DNA of 55,516 bases, filler included, from Sphacelaria rigidula (lineage: Eukaryota): the NCBI GenBank assembly GCA_964200075.2. It is 6 parts of 6 records of this genome, joined end to end, with 100 filler letters (N's around TTAATTAATTAA, not from the genome) between each part and the next. Parts side by side here need not be neighbours in the genome. Positions count along the whole stretch, not along the records: positions 27,812 to 36,980 come from CAXNAA020009134.1; positions 37,081 to 46,248 come from CAXNAA020009135.1; positions 46,349 to 55,516 come from CAXNAA020009136.1; 3 more parts are not named here. The stretch is one strand, 5' to 3'. The translations under genes and the position numbers were made by a program. Of the stretch, positions 35,501-49,460 are shown piece after piece (position 1 is the stretch's first letter; each line of letters opens with the position of its first letter). The notes below the pieces were generated by a model. It was not told the DNA's origin and did not search any database. It saw only the letters and a program-made list of their open reading frames with translations.

Positions 35501-35887
35501 CGTATGTCCAGAAGCCCACAGCGTAGATCAATTTTTAAAAGGAGATGCGGAAATGGGGTCAGCGGCACGCACTCTTCCGAACTAGTTGACAAGAGTTATT
35601 CGTTACTGCAGTGCAGTCCCATATTTTCAATCGGTAACGGAAACTGTTGCGGTTCTGCTGCCTACGTCTACATCAGACTAATGAAGAATAGTATCATGCT
35701 TGCAACCACTAGGATATGCAGTACAGCATCCACGTTGCCAGTCCAGTAGACAAGGAAATTCACATGCACAAAACCTGAGTTTCTGCCACATGTTGCCGGA
35801 CTCGTTCGTTCATAGTTTCCTGCTAATATCGCTTTGAGGTGCCGCGCTGAACACAACTGCGGAGGGTGAAATTGTCGTGAATACGCT

Positions 35888-36122
35888 ACACACAAAGTTC
35901 GACTTTCAGGGTCGACGAGGGAAAGGGGCCGCTGAACCATTGTTGCAATAAAAAGTGAGGCAAACACCGCAGCCGAAAGGTGGAGTTAGTTCTACAACAA
36001 AATTGGAAAGGAAAAAAAAACTCCGGTGTTGACCTTCCTCCGTTTTGACTCCGGATGATGCGCCTACACCTACAGAAAGATGTAGACGGACGTCCAAAAA
36101 AGATGGGATGACAACCCACACC
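35888..36122 (+). mobile_element. SINE body fragment lacking the head
   Basis: cacaaagttcgact...gtcgacgagggaaagg...gatgggatga as in the 46831 copy. Confidence 0.7.
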
Positions 36123-37080
36123 AAGGGTCATGACAACATAGTACGCGGTGCGTACTTCTACTTACTTTCATCATTCAGCACCCAACATTCTCGGGATTTG
36201 ATACGAAAAATATATAGGGGCATGCGGGCGGCTGGTGCTACGGCGCTGACTGGTCGAGTGGGCGGCACCCGCGAGCGGGCTACTGCCCCTGTCTTTCACA
36301 TTCTTCATGTTGTGATGACTCCTCGAATCCCCGAGATCACTGGGTCAGGTCTCCCCTTTATTTTTAATTCCACAAGAATTTTAGTCTTGGATATTCGGAA
36401 CAGAACCAAGTACACACCCTTTTTTACGTTGTTATAACAACCCCTTGGGCACGCACTTGCACACATACACGCACACACTGAGCGAGTATCATGAGGTATT
36501 CCCGTTTGCTAGTTGTTCTTGTCCATATCTCTCATCTTCAGTAGTGTAATAATGTGCTTTCATCCCGCGTATACTCACAGATTTTGAATCCTCCCCCTCG
36601 TCCCACGCTGTTGCGTTCCCTTCTGTTTCCTTTTCATGGATCGTCCTTCGAAAAACACACGCTCGGCGACGCGCGATTGCCTGACTTATGGCATGTCCTC
36701 TTCTGTGGGCAGAATTTCTTGCCAACAGACGACCCAGACTTCTGCTCAGGGGAGTGTAGAATAAGCTGCTCCGTATTGCGACGTAACGGGATATCTTCTT
36801 GATCACGGGGAAAGGGAGCGAGGGGGTGGGGGCGGGGCTTGGGGACTCGTTCGTGATCACTAAATCTCGACTTCAGAGTGTCTGAAGACGAAGAATTTAC
36901 TTCAAGAAAAGGTGTAGGGGGGGGGGGGGGGGGGGAAAAAAGGAAGGGGGCGGCCCCACGGGGGCATTTTTTGTTTTTTTNNNNNNNNNNNNNNNNNNNN
37001 NNNNNNNNNNNNNNNNNNNNNNNNTTAATTAATTAANNNNNNNNNNNNNNNNNNNNNNNNNNNNNNNNNNNNNNNNNNNN

Positions 37081-37146
37081 GAATCGAACCCCCCAACTCA
37101 ACCATCAGAAGTATACGAGGTTACCAACTGAGCCACCGGGGCGACC
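37081..37146 (-). mobile_element. SINE tRNA-like head at the contig edge
   Basis: Reverse complement gtcgccccggtggctcagttggtaacc...ggttcgattc. Confidence 0.7.
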
Positions 37147-38473
37147 ACGAAACTACGATGGGGAAAACCGGAATATCCATCAGAAAACAACGTACAACGG
37201 CTGCGATGTGCCACCATTAAAAATGTGTCCTCGAAGTTTCAACCGAAACCTCCGCCATCCCGGAAGTTATGAGGTTAGCAGCATTTCTCTCATTTTGTAT
37301 CGCGTCCGTGTGAATTTGCCTGTGCCCCATTGTACTTTTGAATGATTACACCACGTCTACCTTATTTTGGGTAGTTAGCCTGTTACAACGAAAGGCATCC
37401 GCATCAGATGCGTAGTACGGAGTACTGAGCAAATATCGGAACGGTTTTCAATGTGCGACAACACACACAACACAGATAACAACAACACCCCCGCTCGGCG
37501 CCCTACACCTACAGTCTTGGCCATAATCCATTGCCGCAATACAAGATATCTATCATCAATTGACATTTGCGTGAGCTGGCAACCGGTACGGTCAGCCGTG
37601 GCATCTCGAATAGTGGATGGTGATGATGATAATGGACGATGGATTCCTGTCTAAGCACGCCCTGTGTGCGTGGACGAGTAGCTGGCCAGGTATCAGGGTT
37701 GGAGCTATTTTTGCGTATACGGAGAGACTTTCTAGTGCATGCCATTGGGCTGGGCAGGTACAGGATGAGGGCCAACCAAGCCTGTGTGCGTGTATCTTGT
37801 ATCTTGTCCGTAACTCCGAAACGACAACGATCTCTCCAGGTGCTATCCGCTCGGCCATAGATGTATATGTATCTAGCACATAGAACATGACCTTCTGTGT
37901 CGCTCTGACCCAGCATTCGATAAACGGCCGAAATGCGGCACAACTTTCAGTGATAACTCCTAGACGGATGGTATTCATTGGAGTATATTGTGACACCTGT
38001 CAAACAACGCTATGTTTAGCCTTGCGATGAAGGGGTGGTCGTGACTGACAGCGCCGGCGCACATTTTCCGCCATGCAGTAGTACTGCTCGTTTTTTAGAC
38101 TCGAGTGTATATATACCCAACTCGACCGTTCAAAAAAGTGATTCCGCGCGCATCTTTGCTTCGGTCCAGGATCTCAAAAAGTCCGGAGGCTCGGTCTGCG
38201 CTTGCGCAGACCACAGCTTAAGGCGATATGCGGCTGCCCGCAGGGGCTCCTTGGAGGGCGTCGGCCCCGCAGCCCCCCCCCGGAGGAGTTGGTATTTTTC
38301 ACGGCGAAAGAAAAAGGGCATCGAAAAACAAATCGCCTCTGACGAAATAAAGGGCCTCTAAAAACATTGTCGCCTCCGGCGAAAAAGGCCGCACATTTTT
38401 TTCGCCCTCGGCGAAATGACTGCGGCCCGAGATATATTTATGTGGCAAGCCGCATATGAGCCCGTCGGAACAC

Positions 38474-38573
38474 TGCGTGCGGCGAGATATGGATGCGTGC
38501 GGCGAGATATGGATGCGTGCGGCGAGAAATGGATGCGTGCGGCGAGATATGGATGCGTGCGGCGAGATATGGA
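38474..38573. repeat. 20-bp minisatellite x5 (TGCGTGCGGCGAGATATGGA)
   Basis: Five adjacent units with one substitution. Confidence 0.95.
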
Positions 38574-40594
38574 TGGTCCTTGGTCGCCAGCAAACCCCTT
38601 TTGACGAGGGGATGCTCACCTCACTTCTCGTGAGTCCAGATCAACTATTTTCCCGGCCTTTCATAATTCTATGATCCTCTGTGTGTTAGCTTCGTTTCGC
38701 CACATGCAACCAACCACCGACCCAAACGACCCCATTACAGAATACCCCCTCTTGTAGACCACCCACGAAATTTCAAGAGTCGAAAAACCTGAAGGTTGTT
38801 TCATCTGGAGGGTGTACCAACTGAAGTTTAGGTTATCAGGCAGCTCCACTCTGGTTGTTTGCGGAGGCATGTTCTGGGAGCTGCTTCCGTTTGTGAATTG
38901 TCCGTGACAAGCGCGCCGGGGAGAGATGGGTTGGTTGTTCCCTTGGGACCACGTACTCGTCTGGAGGAAGGGGAAGGGTTTGAAGTGTGACCCAAACAAT
39001 GAAAAAATGAAATCGGAAATGAAATCGGGATATCTTCATCATGGACAAGATGACGTACGCGTCCACATTGTGAAACGACAACAGTCAGTAAACGCTGTAA
39101 CGATCAACCTATTTTTTTATGCTCGAGATGATGATAAAAAAAGGGCAACGGTAGAACATGAGAGAGGTATCCAAAAAAGTCGAGGTTTCTGGCATTTTCA
39201 ACAATAAATTTACTGCCTGTTGAATATACCGCGATCCTCGAGTTTGAGATACCTCAACGGATGGCCCTTCACATCGTTATTGAGAAAAAAAAAAGCAAGG
39301 AGGCTTTTTTACATGTTTGGTGCTACAACATTTTTTTCCCCTTCACACATATCCAGAGGTGAAGTTACATTTACGACGAAGTGGTCGATACATATCATGG
39401 TTGAACAAACGTCAGTTGTGTCAAACCCTTAGCATGAGGCTCACAACGCTGACCCAAAATCGCAACCCCGACTGTAAAATAGGTCCGGTCTTTTTCGTCC
39501 TTTGACCGCGAGGTTAGGTTATTTGATTATGCAGTAATTTTTTTATTAAAATGATATTGTCTTTCCCTTGCCCTAAAAAATTGAAAATCGATTCCTTTTT
39601 TTTCCAAAAATGAATATCCCAACCCCAACATCAACCACTCCCAACAAACTATATACTGTAGCAAGAAATTGACTAATACATATTTTTCATTTCAAGAACA
39701 TCAATCGTATTTCATTAATTGATTAATTAATGAATTAAAGATTGTTTGAGGATGGATATTGATGCTGATTCACAACAGATTATCTATGCTTGTCACGGTC
39801 AAAGAGTCATGACCGGGAGAAAAGAGATGACACCTCGCTGTGATTATGAGAACGAAAGATGATAATGGTGAACGTCTCACGCGTTGCACACGATTTCACG
39901 TCCGTTCCCTCCCGCATCTCATCGTGCTGTTTCTCCGTTCTCACGAAATTGAAACAAAAATAAGAATGACAATGCGAAACAGAACATGAAATGGTTGCCA
40001 CACCCGCGAGCTGTTCTCGATTCTCACCATCACCATCACAGTGAGGATTCGTTTTATTTTCTACCGTTTACACGGGGCGGGGCCCAACGCAAGGCCTGCC
40101 GAGAACAAACGCTCACTTAGTATCCACGCGCTAACATTTTTGTGGCAATCAACATTATCTTCCAAGTGCTCAGAGAAAAAAATCGAAACGACTCATATCA
40201 CCTGGAATTACATCGCCGGAAACACTTTGATCCAGATTACCACGCATAGAAGTTTGGTCTTCACCGAAGGGGGCTCGGACGCTGTACTGGTACGAAACAA
40301 GTAGTCTTTCGTTTCGAGAACGAATGTTGCGCCGATTTGTTCCCCCGATATTTCAACAACCCACACCCTGGATAATACATGTTCAATACATTCAAAATAC
40401 CAAAAATATACCGCATTAAGTGCAGGTAAATTGCAAGTATTGTCGATCGATAATAGTCGCCATAGGCCTATACTTGACCCAGTACAGTTTTGGTATATTG
40501 CATCCATTAATCATACACGAGTATTGTTCAGGGTGTGCAAGAATCGGAAAAGTATTGCTGATTCGCTTGGTAGGGAAACTCGCGCAGTAACTCC

Positions 40595-40635
<41 letters not shown>

Positions 40636-40867
40636 TCATTGTCTTCACAATAAAAACCATTTCGATATCTGCGCAGTATTCTGTACTGAGCATCTGATGC
40701 GGATGCCTTCCGTGGTCACAGGCTAACTATGGGTGTAAGTCGGTTTTTTTTTTTCCGGCACATCACAACGTGAAATAATAATTTTACGCGTGATTCTGGT
40801 GATAAATAGATGCATACAGTGTGCAAGAGAAAAATGTTTGGTCCTATCACCGATGCACACAGATGGC

Positions 40868-41678
40868 TATAACACCATTTTTTATGGCAGTCACAAAAAC
40901 GGATCTGTACGCAGATCGGGGGAACTCAAATCGGGAAACGCCCTTTGTGGACCCCAATTTGGCCCAAATGGGGGAATCTCAGATTCGTATGTCACGATTT
41001 AAGAACGATTTTCCCCGAATCTGTAGGAAGTGACGTACGTACATTGACGTACGATAATAGGGCTACAGGCGTTTGATATTTTTGCGACCGCAGCAGCAGA
41101 CAGTCTCGTGACAGCACAGGCCGTTCTTGCCTGCGCCAGCTGCTGGAGCAGCGTCGCACGGGGTTTGACAAGTGGATAAAAAGTGTTGACGCCGTAACCT
41201 GCGGCTATGGTAATATTTTATGCTGCACTGCGCTGCTGAATGCATCATCATAACGAACGGTACTGTACTATCCTACACTCTGCTGTCGCTGTACCTGCAG
41301 GGTGATGAATGGCACTGAACTCGTAAACTCACATTATGCACAGTTCTCGCAAATACCGATTGTACCATCATGTATAACCACACGGTTTTTTAGTGTACAA
41401 TGATTGTGGAGTGTACTACACTACATTATATCCTAGGGTACGACGGCACGACGCTGCTCTTGAAGGATGTTTCACTGCCTGCCTGTTCCTCGACTTCACT
41501 ATGATACCATATCCCTGCAGAAAATGACCCACGGTCTACAGATCAACTTCAAAATATCTGTGAAGCCATAATGTGGTACACACGGATCTGAGTTTCGCGA
41601 ATCTGAGTCCCCCGATTTGGCACAGATCAGGGTCCCGCCAAATTCGGGATTGGTCCCCATAAAAAAAATGGTCTTACA
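40868..41678. mobile_element. Putative old TIR element with inverted subterminal repeats
   Basis: ccattttttatgg vs ccataaaaaaaatgg; ctcagattcg vs cgaatctgag. Confidence 0.45.
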
Positions 41679-43266
41679 CCTGAATCAAATTCACGGTTGC
41701 AAACGTCAGGCAAGTCATGAGCTACATGAAATAACGAACAATAAAATAGTATTTGGTGGGAATTTTATTTCGGGATTATTCGTAATTACTGGTGTCTTAA
41801 TCTTTTATTTTTCAAGGATTGTAAGACCAGAACTTGCTCGTGATGCGGATTTTTTTTTGCAACTTTAGGTTTAATTCATGGTTCTATTATAATTATTCAT
41901 GGCTGGAGACTTGGTCCTATATTATTGTTTAGTAAAAGGGGGCTCACAAATCCCTTATTCGGCTAAGCGGTGAACACTGCTGGGAATCAGAGGAACCAAG
42001 ACGAGACGTTTGCGCTCCTCCGTTCGCCCGGGGTCCAAGCTTTGTAGGTGGGGAGCAAAATATGGGAAGAGGGGGGACCAAATGATTCAATTATCCCTTG
42101 GACAGCGACCCCCCGCAGCTGGACTGAGTTGGACTATGCCACATTTGGGGCTCGAAGCAGCTCTTTTTTCGCTAAACAAAAGCAGTTTTCATGAACATGT
42201 GGATATTTGGCATCTTTATAGAAAATAGTACCGGAGTACCCCCTGCCGAGTTTTGACCCTGCAGTCAATTACGTGCAGATTCAGTATGTATGTGTGCTAG
42301 ATGTCTTCGCTGAATACATGGGCAAGAGACAGTATAAGTGCGCCATTGCTCTAGACTGGACACAATTTACAGCATGCTGCTGATGCCTCTGCATAGTGTT
42401 CAACAACAACAGCACTGCAGATATTGTGAAGCTATGGTGGCAACACATGAGGCAGCAGACAGGCGGCAAAGACCTCGAGTAGAGTACAAAACAACTTCTT
42501 TGTACCCATGTAATCTATGGTTGGATTGCCATAACCAAAATGAAATATGCCAGTAGACAGCGAAGTAGTCCACATGTAGTCCACCTGTAAGGGAACTACG
42601 TGCTCATTTTGACGACCGTGATTGGTCAGAACGGTCATTCCGCGCCTCTCGGGCCTCGTTCCTGGGTTAGAATCTTCCGCGGGAAACTTCCACTGACACA
42701 TGGTTGACTTGGCGAGCTTTTCGGCTGATTTGCGTCCAGACTCTCCCCCCCTCCTCCCCCGTCAAAAACCACCACCCCCCCCGGTCGCTGGAACGCCCCA
42801 AATGTCTCCAGACTGTCAGCCTGTGAAACTGTTCCGGGGCGACGCTTGCTGTCTAAGAATTAAAAAGCTCATGATCCGGATCAGTACACGAATAAGAAGA
42901 GTGAATATTTAGGTACGAGTAGCTCGTGAGCTGTCCGACGTGTGCAGAAGCTTACACGACTGAATTGTGAGTGGGTGACTCAAAGGTGTTCGTCTGGGCC
43001 AAAGCCAGGATGGCTATTATAGAACGACCTTCCTCCCGTCTACACGTAGGTACCAAAAGCTCTGCCCGTTTAATTCCCGATGTAGCACGAGCTATACAAT
43101 ATCACAAAGTAGTTGACGTGAGTTTGTTCAACGTATTTGACGTGTTGCGGGAGTGTTGATCCAATCCGCGAGACCAGAATGCAAGGCGTGTACTGAGGGA
43201 GAGATGGGTTGATCCCTTGAGACCACAGACTCGTCCCGAAGAAGGGGGGGGGGGGTTCGAAGTATG

Positions 43267-43297
<31 letters not shown>

Positions 43298-43608
43298 GTA
43301 TACCCCCCGAAACGATACTCGCAGCAGATGGAGATAAAACAATGCCGCATAGTGCTGGGATATATAAACATATGTAAATAAACGTGACACGTGGCATGTT
43401 GTTTTGTTCATAAAAAGATAACCGCGATGGCGTTGTGAGAGACACCAGGATTCTCTGGACAGCCTCTACGTGGGCAAAGCGTGGCTTGCCCCAGCTGAGT
43501 GACACCGCGAGACTGGTACAGGAATCCAGGCCGTGTTCGCCAACACAGCACTAAATGCCTCTTTAACCATCCCCCAGATTCCGGGGGTCCGAAAGTGCTG
43601 ATCATGTA

Positions 43609-44000
43609 TGTGTGTGTGTGTGTGTTCATGCCGTCCTTCATGGACGCCAGTCCAAGACCTTGCGGTGTACGTGGGCGCATCAGCCGGGGAAACACAGGAG
43701 GAAAGTCAGAACAATATTTCATCATTTGTTGTAGCTCTCCACCTTCATTCTGTAGTGTTTGCCTCAATTTTTATCGCGAGAGCAGAAAAGGCCTAGCAGT
43801 CCCTCCTCCCTCGGCGACCGTGAAACCGTTTTTTTTTGTGTGTACTCACGTCGTACGATATACACAAAGCAATCGCTCTCCACTGTCGGGCATGATATGA
43901 GACAAAAAAAAATCCCAGATCGTGTGACTTCATCGAGATCCGAATCCGCGTCCCAGCCCTCCAGAGGGTTTCGAGGTTACGGACTGAGCCACCGGGGCAA
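43609..44000 (-). mobile_element. tRNA-headed SINE
   Basis: Same body and head (ctgagccaccggggc) as the 17093 and 46831 copies. Confidence 0.8.
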
Positions 44001-44309
44001 TCATACCCTTGTATTTGAGAAACTACATGATGGCGGGTCACAATTATGAGACCACGGCGTCACACACCCTTCACCGTTGTGGGCCAAGCATCAAATACGT
44101 CCGTCAGTATTCTGGAGTGGGTTTTGTCATGCAATGCAACTGGCACGAGCGCACCGCAAACTACATGTGTCCTTGCGATTCTTACGCAACGGTGAGCTAT
44201 CGGAATAATAGCAATGTGTGCAAGCCTTATCTTGCGTGTAGAGATTTTTTTTTCAAGATCATGACAATAATCAAATCAATCAAATGTCCCTCCTACCCGC
44301 CTTACACCA

Positions 44310-44560
44310 CCCCCCCAATTGTTGGAGGTGCCTCTATTAGGGAGTAGGAACGGTGCTCCGTCTCGAGAGGGATGCGTGGTCAATGACCGAATGACTAAGG
44401 CCAGCAACAAATAAGTACCCCCCCCCCCCCCTCCCCCTCCCCCCCATCCACCCACCCGAATACAGGTTGTCTACGAGAGACGTGGGACGAAGCAGGGTCA
44501 CGACCTGATCACAATCTCGTGAGGGAGGGGTCGTTGGTTGGTGAAGTCACAGTAGCGGTT
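44310..44560 (+). repeat. Dispersed repeat shared with CPS introns (~2985-3110 and ~4105-4175) and with ~55455
   Basis: Blocks ggagtaggaac.gtgctc.gtctcga.agggatgcgt and agcagggtca.ga. Confidence 0.7.
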
Positions 44561-46830
44561 GTGCGGGAAATAACGTGTGTGTAGAAATGCCCTCCTTACC
44601 CATCCCCCAAAACACCACAAACATCTCTCAATAATACGAGCTGAACCACCCCCAGTGATTTTTGGCGCTTAAGTTGACCAACTTTTGGACAGCCCGTTTT
44701 TAGGAGTCAGAAGCTAAAATTTTGACATGACATTTATACGATCAGTACACAAAAACGTACTGTATCGAACCTATATAATTATATTTTTCATGAGACAATG
44801 GATACGGAAAATTATTTCCCCCTCCGTCAAACATGGTACCCCCTTAAAAAGTTTTTTCGATGATAATTTTTCTTTTTAATTCTGCACTTTGATCCAGATA
44901 TATTTGCACTCTGAAATGACATAAAAGCGTTTTCCAAAACTCCCTGATGTCTACAAGTCAGGGGGCTGAAATTTCGACAAAAAATATATTTCATCAACAC
45001 GCGGGCGAGACGGTAAGCTTCAAGGAAAACAAAAACAAAAGACAAATTTAGAGCCGGCAAACAAATCTGTCAAAAAGTGATATTCTCATACCTCAACGAA
45101 AAAGGTTCATCGGGGGTAAAGCGATGCTGCCACTAGTACTTCTTACAAACCCACCAGAGTCGCCGGTCTGCCTCGATCCCCACGCCGCCCTTGTTCGAGA
45201 CCGCTTCTCCTTTCGGCAGAAGGCCTACTCCCGATATCGACCCCAAGTATATTATTCAACGGTCATGTCGGTGAATTCGAGGAAGGAGGGCGACAAAAAT
45301 GGAATGGATAAGGGCAGCGCGCGCCGGGGGGGGAGATAAGGGGGAGGAGTTGAGGGATTTCCCCACAGTCACTCAAGTTGAGCGTTTCTGTCGTCAGAAA
45401 GTAGCATTACAGGAAGTATCATAACTTGCGCGGGTTGTGATTATTCGTTTGTGAATTACTTGATTTTAGTGCAATTGAGTCGTACCGTATGAATCAATCC
45501 TTAGGCTTTGTTTTCAGCGTTGCAACCCAGGTACGCGCAGCCCAGGCACATGGAATGGCGCAAAAATTGCGTGGAGAACTTTTTGACCAGCGATCAACTT
45601 TTTGTTCTCTCTTTCGAGCAGTCGGGCCCGAGAAATCGTGATTTGGTCATTCAAACCGGCAATGATTAGTCCGAACCGTGATTACTTGGTACACGTGATC
45701 TCATCCGAAATTTGTTTACAGGTAACCACTGAACAATGGTTGCTCACCAAACAACTCATGATGTTCCTGTGTTCAACACAGTTTAAACAGCGCTCGTTGC
45801 CTGACAAGCAATCTCTTCGTCGCTCCATCTGTACTCTGTAAGGGCGTGTCTTGGCACCTTTTTTTTTTCGATCGAAAAAGTGCGATCGAAGTTTTTTCTG
45901 CCTATCTGATAGGTCCACCGCATTTATGTTCCNNNNNNNNNNAAATACATTTTTTTTCGATCGAAAACATGCAGTCGAAAGGCACGAAGCGGCACTTGAC
46001 TCTTGTCTTACAGACCACCACGCCAAATAACACACCCGTTCACAAGACCATACAAACTCCATACAACTCATTTCAGCTACCACCGCAATCCTCCAGCATA
46101 GAGCACGAGTTGAGCACAGGGATATAGATACACGAAAGTAGTTGGGTAGTGCTTTGTTTATTTTTTGTTGGCGAAAACTTGCACACCTTCTCTCATGGTA
46201 GTGATCAGGGATGGAACTGCGTGCGGTACGGTGGGCAACCGAGTTGCGNNNNNNNNNNNNNNNNNNNNNNNNNNNNNNNNNNNNNNNNNNNNTTAATTAA
46301 TTAANNNNNNNNNNNNNNNNNNNNNNNNNNNNNNNNNNNNNNNNNNNNCAGTGGACCACCCGCCGCCCCCACCGTCCCTCGCCGGCGTGGGGGGGCGGCC
46401 GGAGCGCCGGTCCTCGAGAGGAACGCCTATGAGCGCTGTGTTCTTCTCGTTAGATGAGGTGACACGCGTTTGTCAAAGAAGCCACTCGTGATGTGAACCT
46501 CGCCCGTCATTTTCGGAGCACCCGGCCAAGAAACGCAGCCGCGTCGGGGAAAGTGGCGAGGAATGTGGGCGCGTAAACTTCACCGCGTAAAAGTCATCGC
46601 TTATGGAACGGAAGAAGCCAACGATACCTGACTCCCGTGGCAAACAAAAAGCCTTGATGAAGATCACATCCTACTTCACGATAATGTATAGGTCGGTGGC
46701 TATCGCGCGTTGTGAGTTCTCGGCGGATTTGGCCTGAAAGAGAGAGTAGTTGGTCAGTGCACCCACAGCGAACATCGACACTCTCATCCGGGGGAAAAGG
46801 GAAATATCGCGCAAAATATATAGCAGCCGA

Positions 46831-47185
46831 TCGCCCCGGTGGCTCAGTTGGTAAACTCGAAACCTTCTGGCGGTTAGGTCGTGCGTTCGAATCTTGGTGC
46901 AGTCACACGACCTGGGATTTATCTCACACGGTGCCCAACAGTGGAGACTGGCTATGTCATCGGTACACAAAGTTCGACTCCACCGTCGACGAGGGAAAAG
47001 GACCGCTGAACCTCTCTCGCGATAAAAAAGGCAAGTGCCACAGAAGGAATGTCAAGTGCTAACACAAAATGAGAGAGAGAAAATTCCAGCGTTGGCCTTC
47101 CTCCTGTGTGACCCCGGCCGATGCGCCCACATATACCGAAAGGTGTAGACTGGCGTCCACAATGGATGGGATGGTAACACACACA
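46831..47185 (+). mobile_element. tRNA-headed SINE, full length
   Basis: A box TGGCTCAGTTGG, B box GTTCGAATC, conserved body, (CA)n tail. Confidence 0.85.
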
Positions 47186-47696
47186 ATATATATGTTGATG
47201 TTTCCAATTCGAGAACGTTCGCCGAAGTTGCAAAAATCAGTGAACTGATAATGACTGGCGACGGCTACAGAAAAGAAAAGGCCTATCGAAATAATCAATT
47301 TTGTGGCTTCGATGGATGTCGTGGCATTCAAAGTCAGCGCAAGGTAGGGTTGTCACGAGTAAGGGCACCTATGAGTTTCTTGTAAGTCCCATGACTGAAC
47401 GTTCCGTCATCCAGATCAAATATGTGAAGGGAGTTAAATATGCTGCACAGCATCGTTACATTTGATTTCCGGCAATAGGTTGTGGACAGCAGTGTAAACA
47501 AAGCGGTGGAGTTTGTGAGGTTTTCAAAAACCAGAAGAAAGCTAACGTGAATTGACGCCAGAAATGTGGTGAAGGACTCTCACAGTAAATAGGGGTAATT
47601 CATGGCGTATTCCGAACCAGTTGTTTCCTTACCTTGATTCCAAAATGGCGTACAAGTTGCGGCGGTAGTCAATTACACCTTCGACACTGGTTATAC

Positions 47697-47883
47697 TGTA
47701 ATGCATGGGAGTCGTAGTTCGAAGCACCTCAGGATCGACGGTTTCCAAACCAATCGGGTCATCACCTGCAGGGCTCACGCCCCTAACCCTAACCCCAACA
47801 CTACCCCTACCCCTACCCCTACCCCTAACCACAGGGATGTTCAAATTCCGTCCTCTGAGCACGCGGTCCTCCCACGCACTGCA
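47697..47883 (+). mobile_element. Degenerate family A MITE with left TIR partly deleted
   Basis: cctcaggatcgacg...ccctaaccctaaccccaac...agggatgttcaaattccg...gcacgcggtcctc. Confidence 0.8.
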
Positions 47884-49410
47884 ACAACAATCGCTCATGG
47901 ATGCGTGGGAACGAGTCGAGGTTGTCCCAACGAGGCGGCACACGCTCTACATACGGTCAACATTGCTGTGCAGAAAAACGCATTCAGCGTTGACACGTTG
48001 AGTTAGAGTAAGTGAATCATGACAACCGCTCGGCTCCAGGGGAGGTACTCGCCGCGTTCGTGCGGTGTAGCTGCCGCAAAACCCCGTTCAATTTCTCGAC
48101 GCGATCAGTCATTTTTGCGCGGGAGATGACCTGGATCACCGAACTGTGGAGTCATGGGGTAGGTGCGCTTTCATGTGACGCGCTAGCGAGATATAAAACG
48201 TATGCAGGCGAGGGCGTTCCGCGTCGGTGCGTTTGAAATCATACTTCCTCTGTCCCATAAGTCTGGGAACTTATGGGCATTTGATCGTTTGGGTGCTCAA
48301 ACGTTGACGACCATCCTATAGTTGGGTTCATTAGAAACATAAATTGCAAACGAAGCTCATGCAAAAAAAAAGGGTTAGTTCGCTACACTAACATAGTGTC
48401 CGAATATGCCCATTTGGACCCTTTTCCATCTATTCATACCCCCATCATTGGCCGATTTTGGACGTTTTCAGGTCGAGCACTAGCAATTACATGCTAACAA
48501 AATGTTGGATGGGGCGTGCGTAGGTAAACATCAAGAGCATGTCTAAATTCAATGGTGGTTTCGCGATATTAACATTTTTCTGGCCATTTTTTTGCGACTT
48601 TCGTGATCCCGGGTCTCTCATGTTCTCCGGGGAAAACGAGCGAAAAATGACCATTTTTGGACCGACCTGCCTTTTCCCGGCCGCGCGGCTGCAAGGATCA
48701 AGCACCCACGTCATGGAAAAAATGTTTTTTTCAGCTTGAAAAAAGCCGACGAATGCAATAAAAATATCGAAAATCAGAAATCACACCGTTGAGGGCTTGT
48801 ACAGATTATATTAGAGGACAGAGGAAGTAGGTAAATATAATCTACTGCAGTGATCGCAACGTTTGAGTACACCCGCATTATTATGCCTGAACGAAGACAC
48901 AGTCTTACGGGACAGCTTGAGCCCCATCGCTGTCAAAACACGCAACTATGACAGTATGTACCTGTTGGTCTTTACGTACAAAGTGCTGATACACAAAGCG
49001 GAGATATTGGCTGTTGGATTGATGGTGAATTCGATAGAAGCACATCTGCGCTCCAGAGGAAAGTGCCGTATTAGGCCCACCTTAAGCCACCCCAGACGCC
49101 AATGGCTTGTTTGTCGGCAGTGTTTCGACTTGAACCGACATATTGGTATCCAACGATAGCTCAGACTGCTCTCCAACATCCAGAATAAAAAACAAAGTGA
49201 TATTGAGAGGCGATAGCGGCTCTGCGCTTCATGGTTCCTCCGCGCAGAAAAGTCTCAAAGTACGACTGCTGCTCTATTAAGCACATTTTTGCGTATTATG
49301 CGATTACCTGCGTTCTGGAACGTCTCAGAACCCAATATTTGGTGTGCATATCTTGTGCGTACTTGACGTCACTCTCGAAAAGAAGAGCACACGCATGCCC
49401 ATGTCCGGGG

Positions 49411-49414
<4 letters not shown>

Positions 49415-49459
<45 letters not shown>
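49415..49459. repeat. (AC)n microsatellite
   Basis: About 22 AC units. Confidence 0.95.

Positions 49460-49460
<1 letters not shown>

Noticed and set aside
38474-38573. 20-bp repeats as a CRISPR array
   Set aside because: The units are directly adjacent, with no spacers.
46831-46910. Functional tRNA gene (also ~17375-17453, 37081-37146, ~43925-44000)
   Set aside because: A/B boxes are present, but I could not form a convincing cloverleaf. The longer copies run directly into a shared repeat body, consistent with SINE heads.
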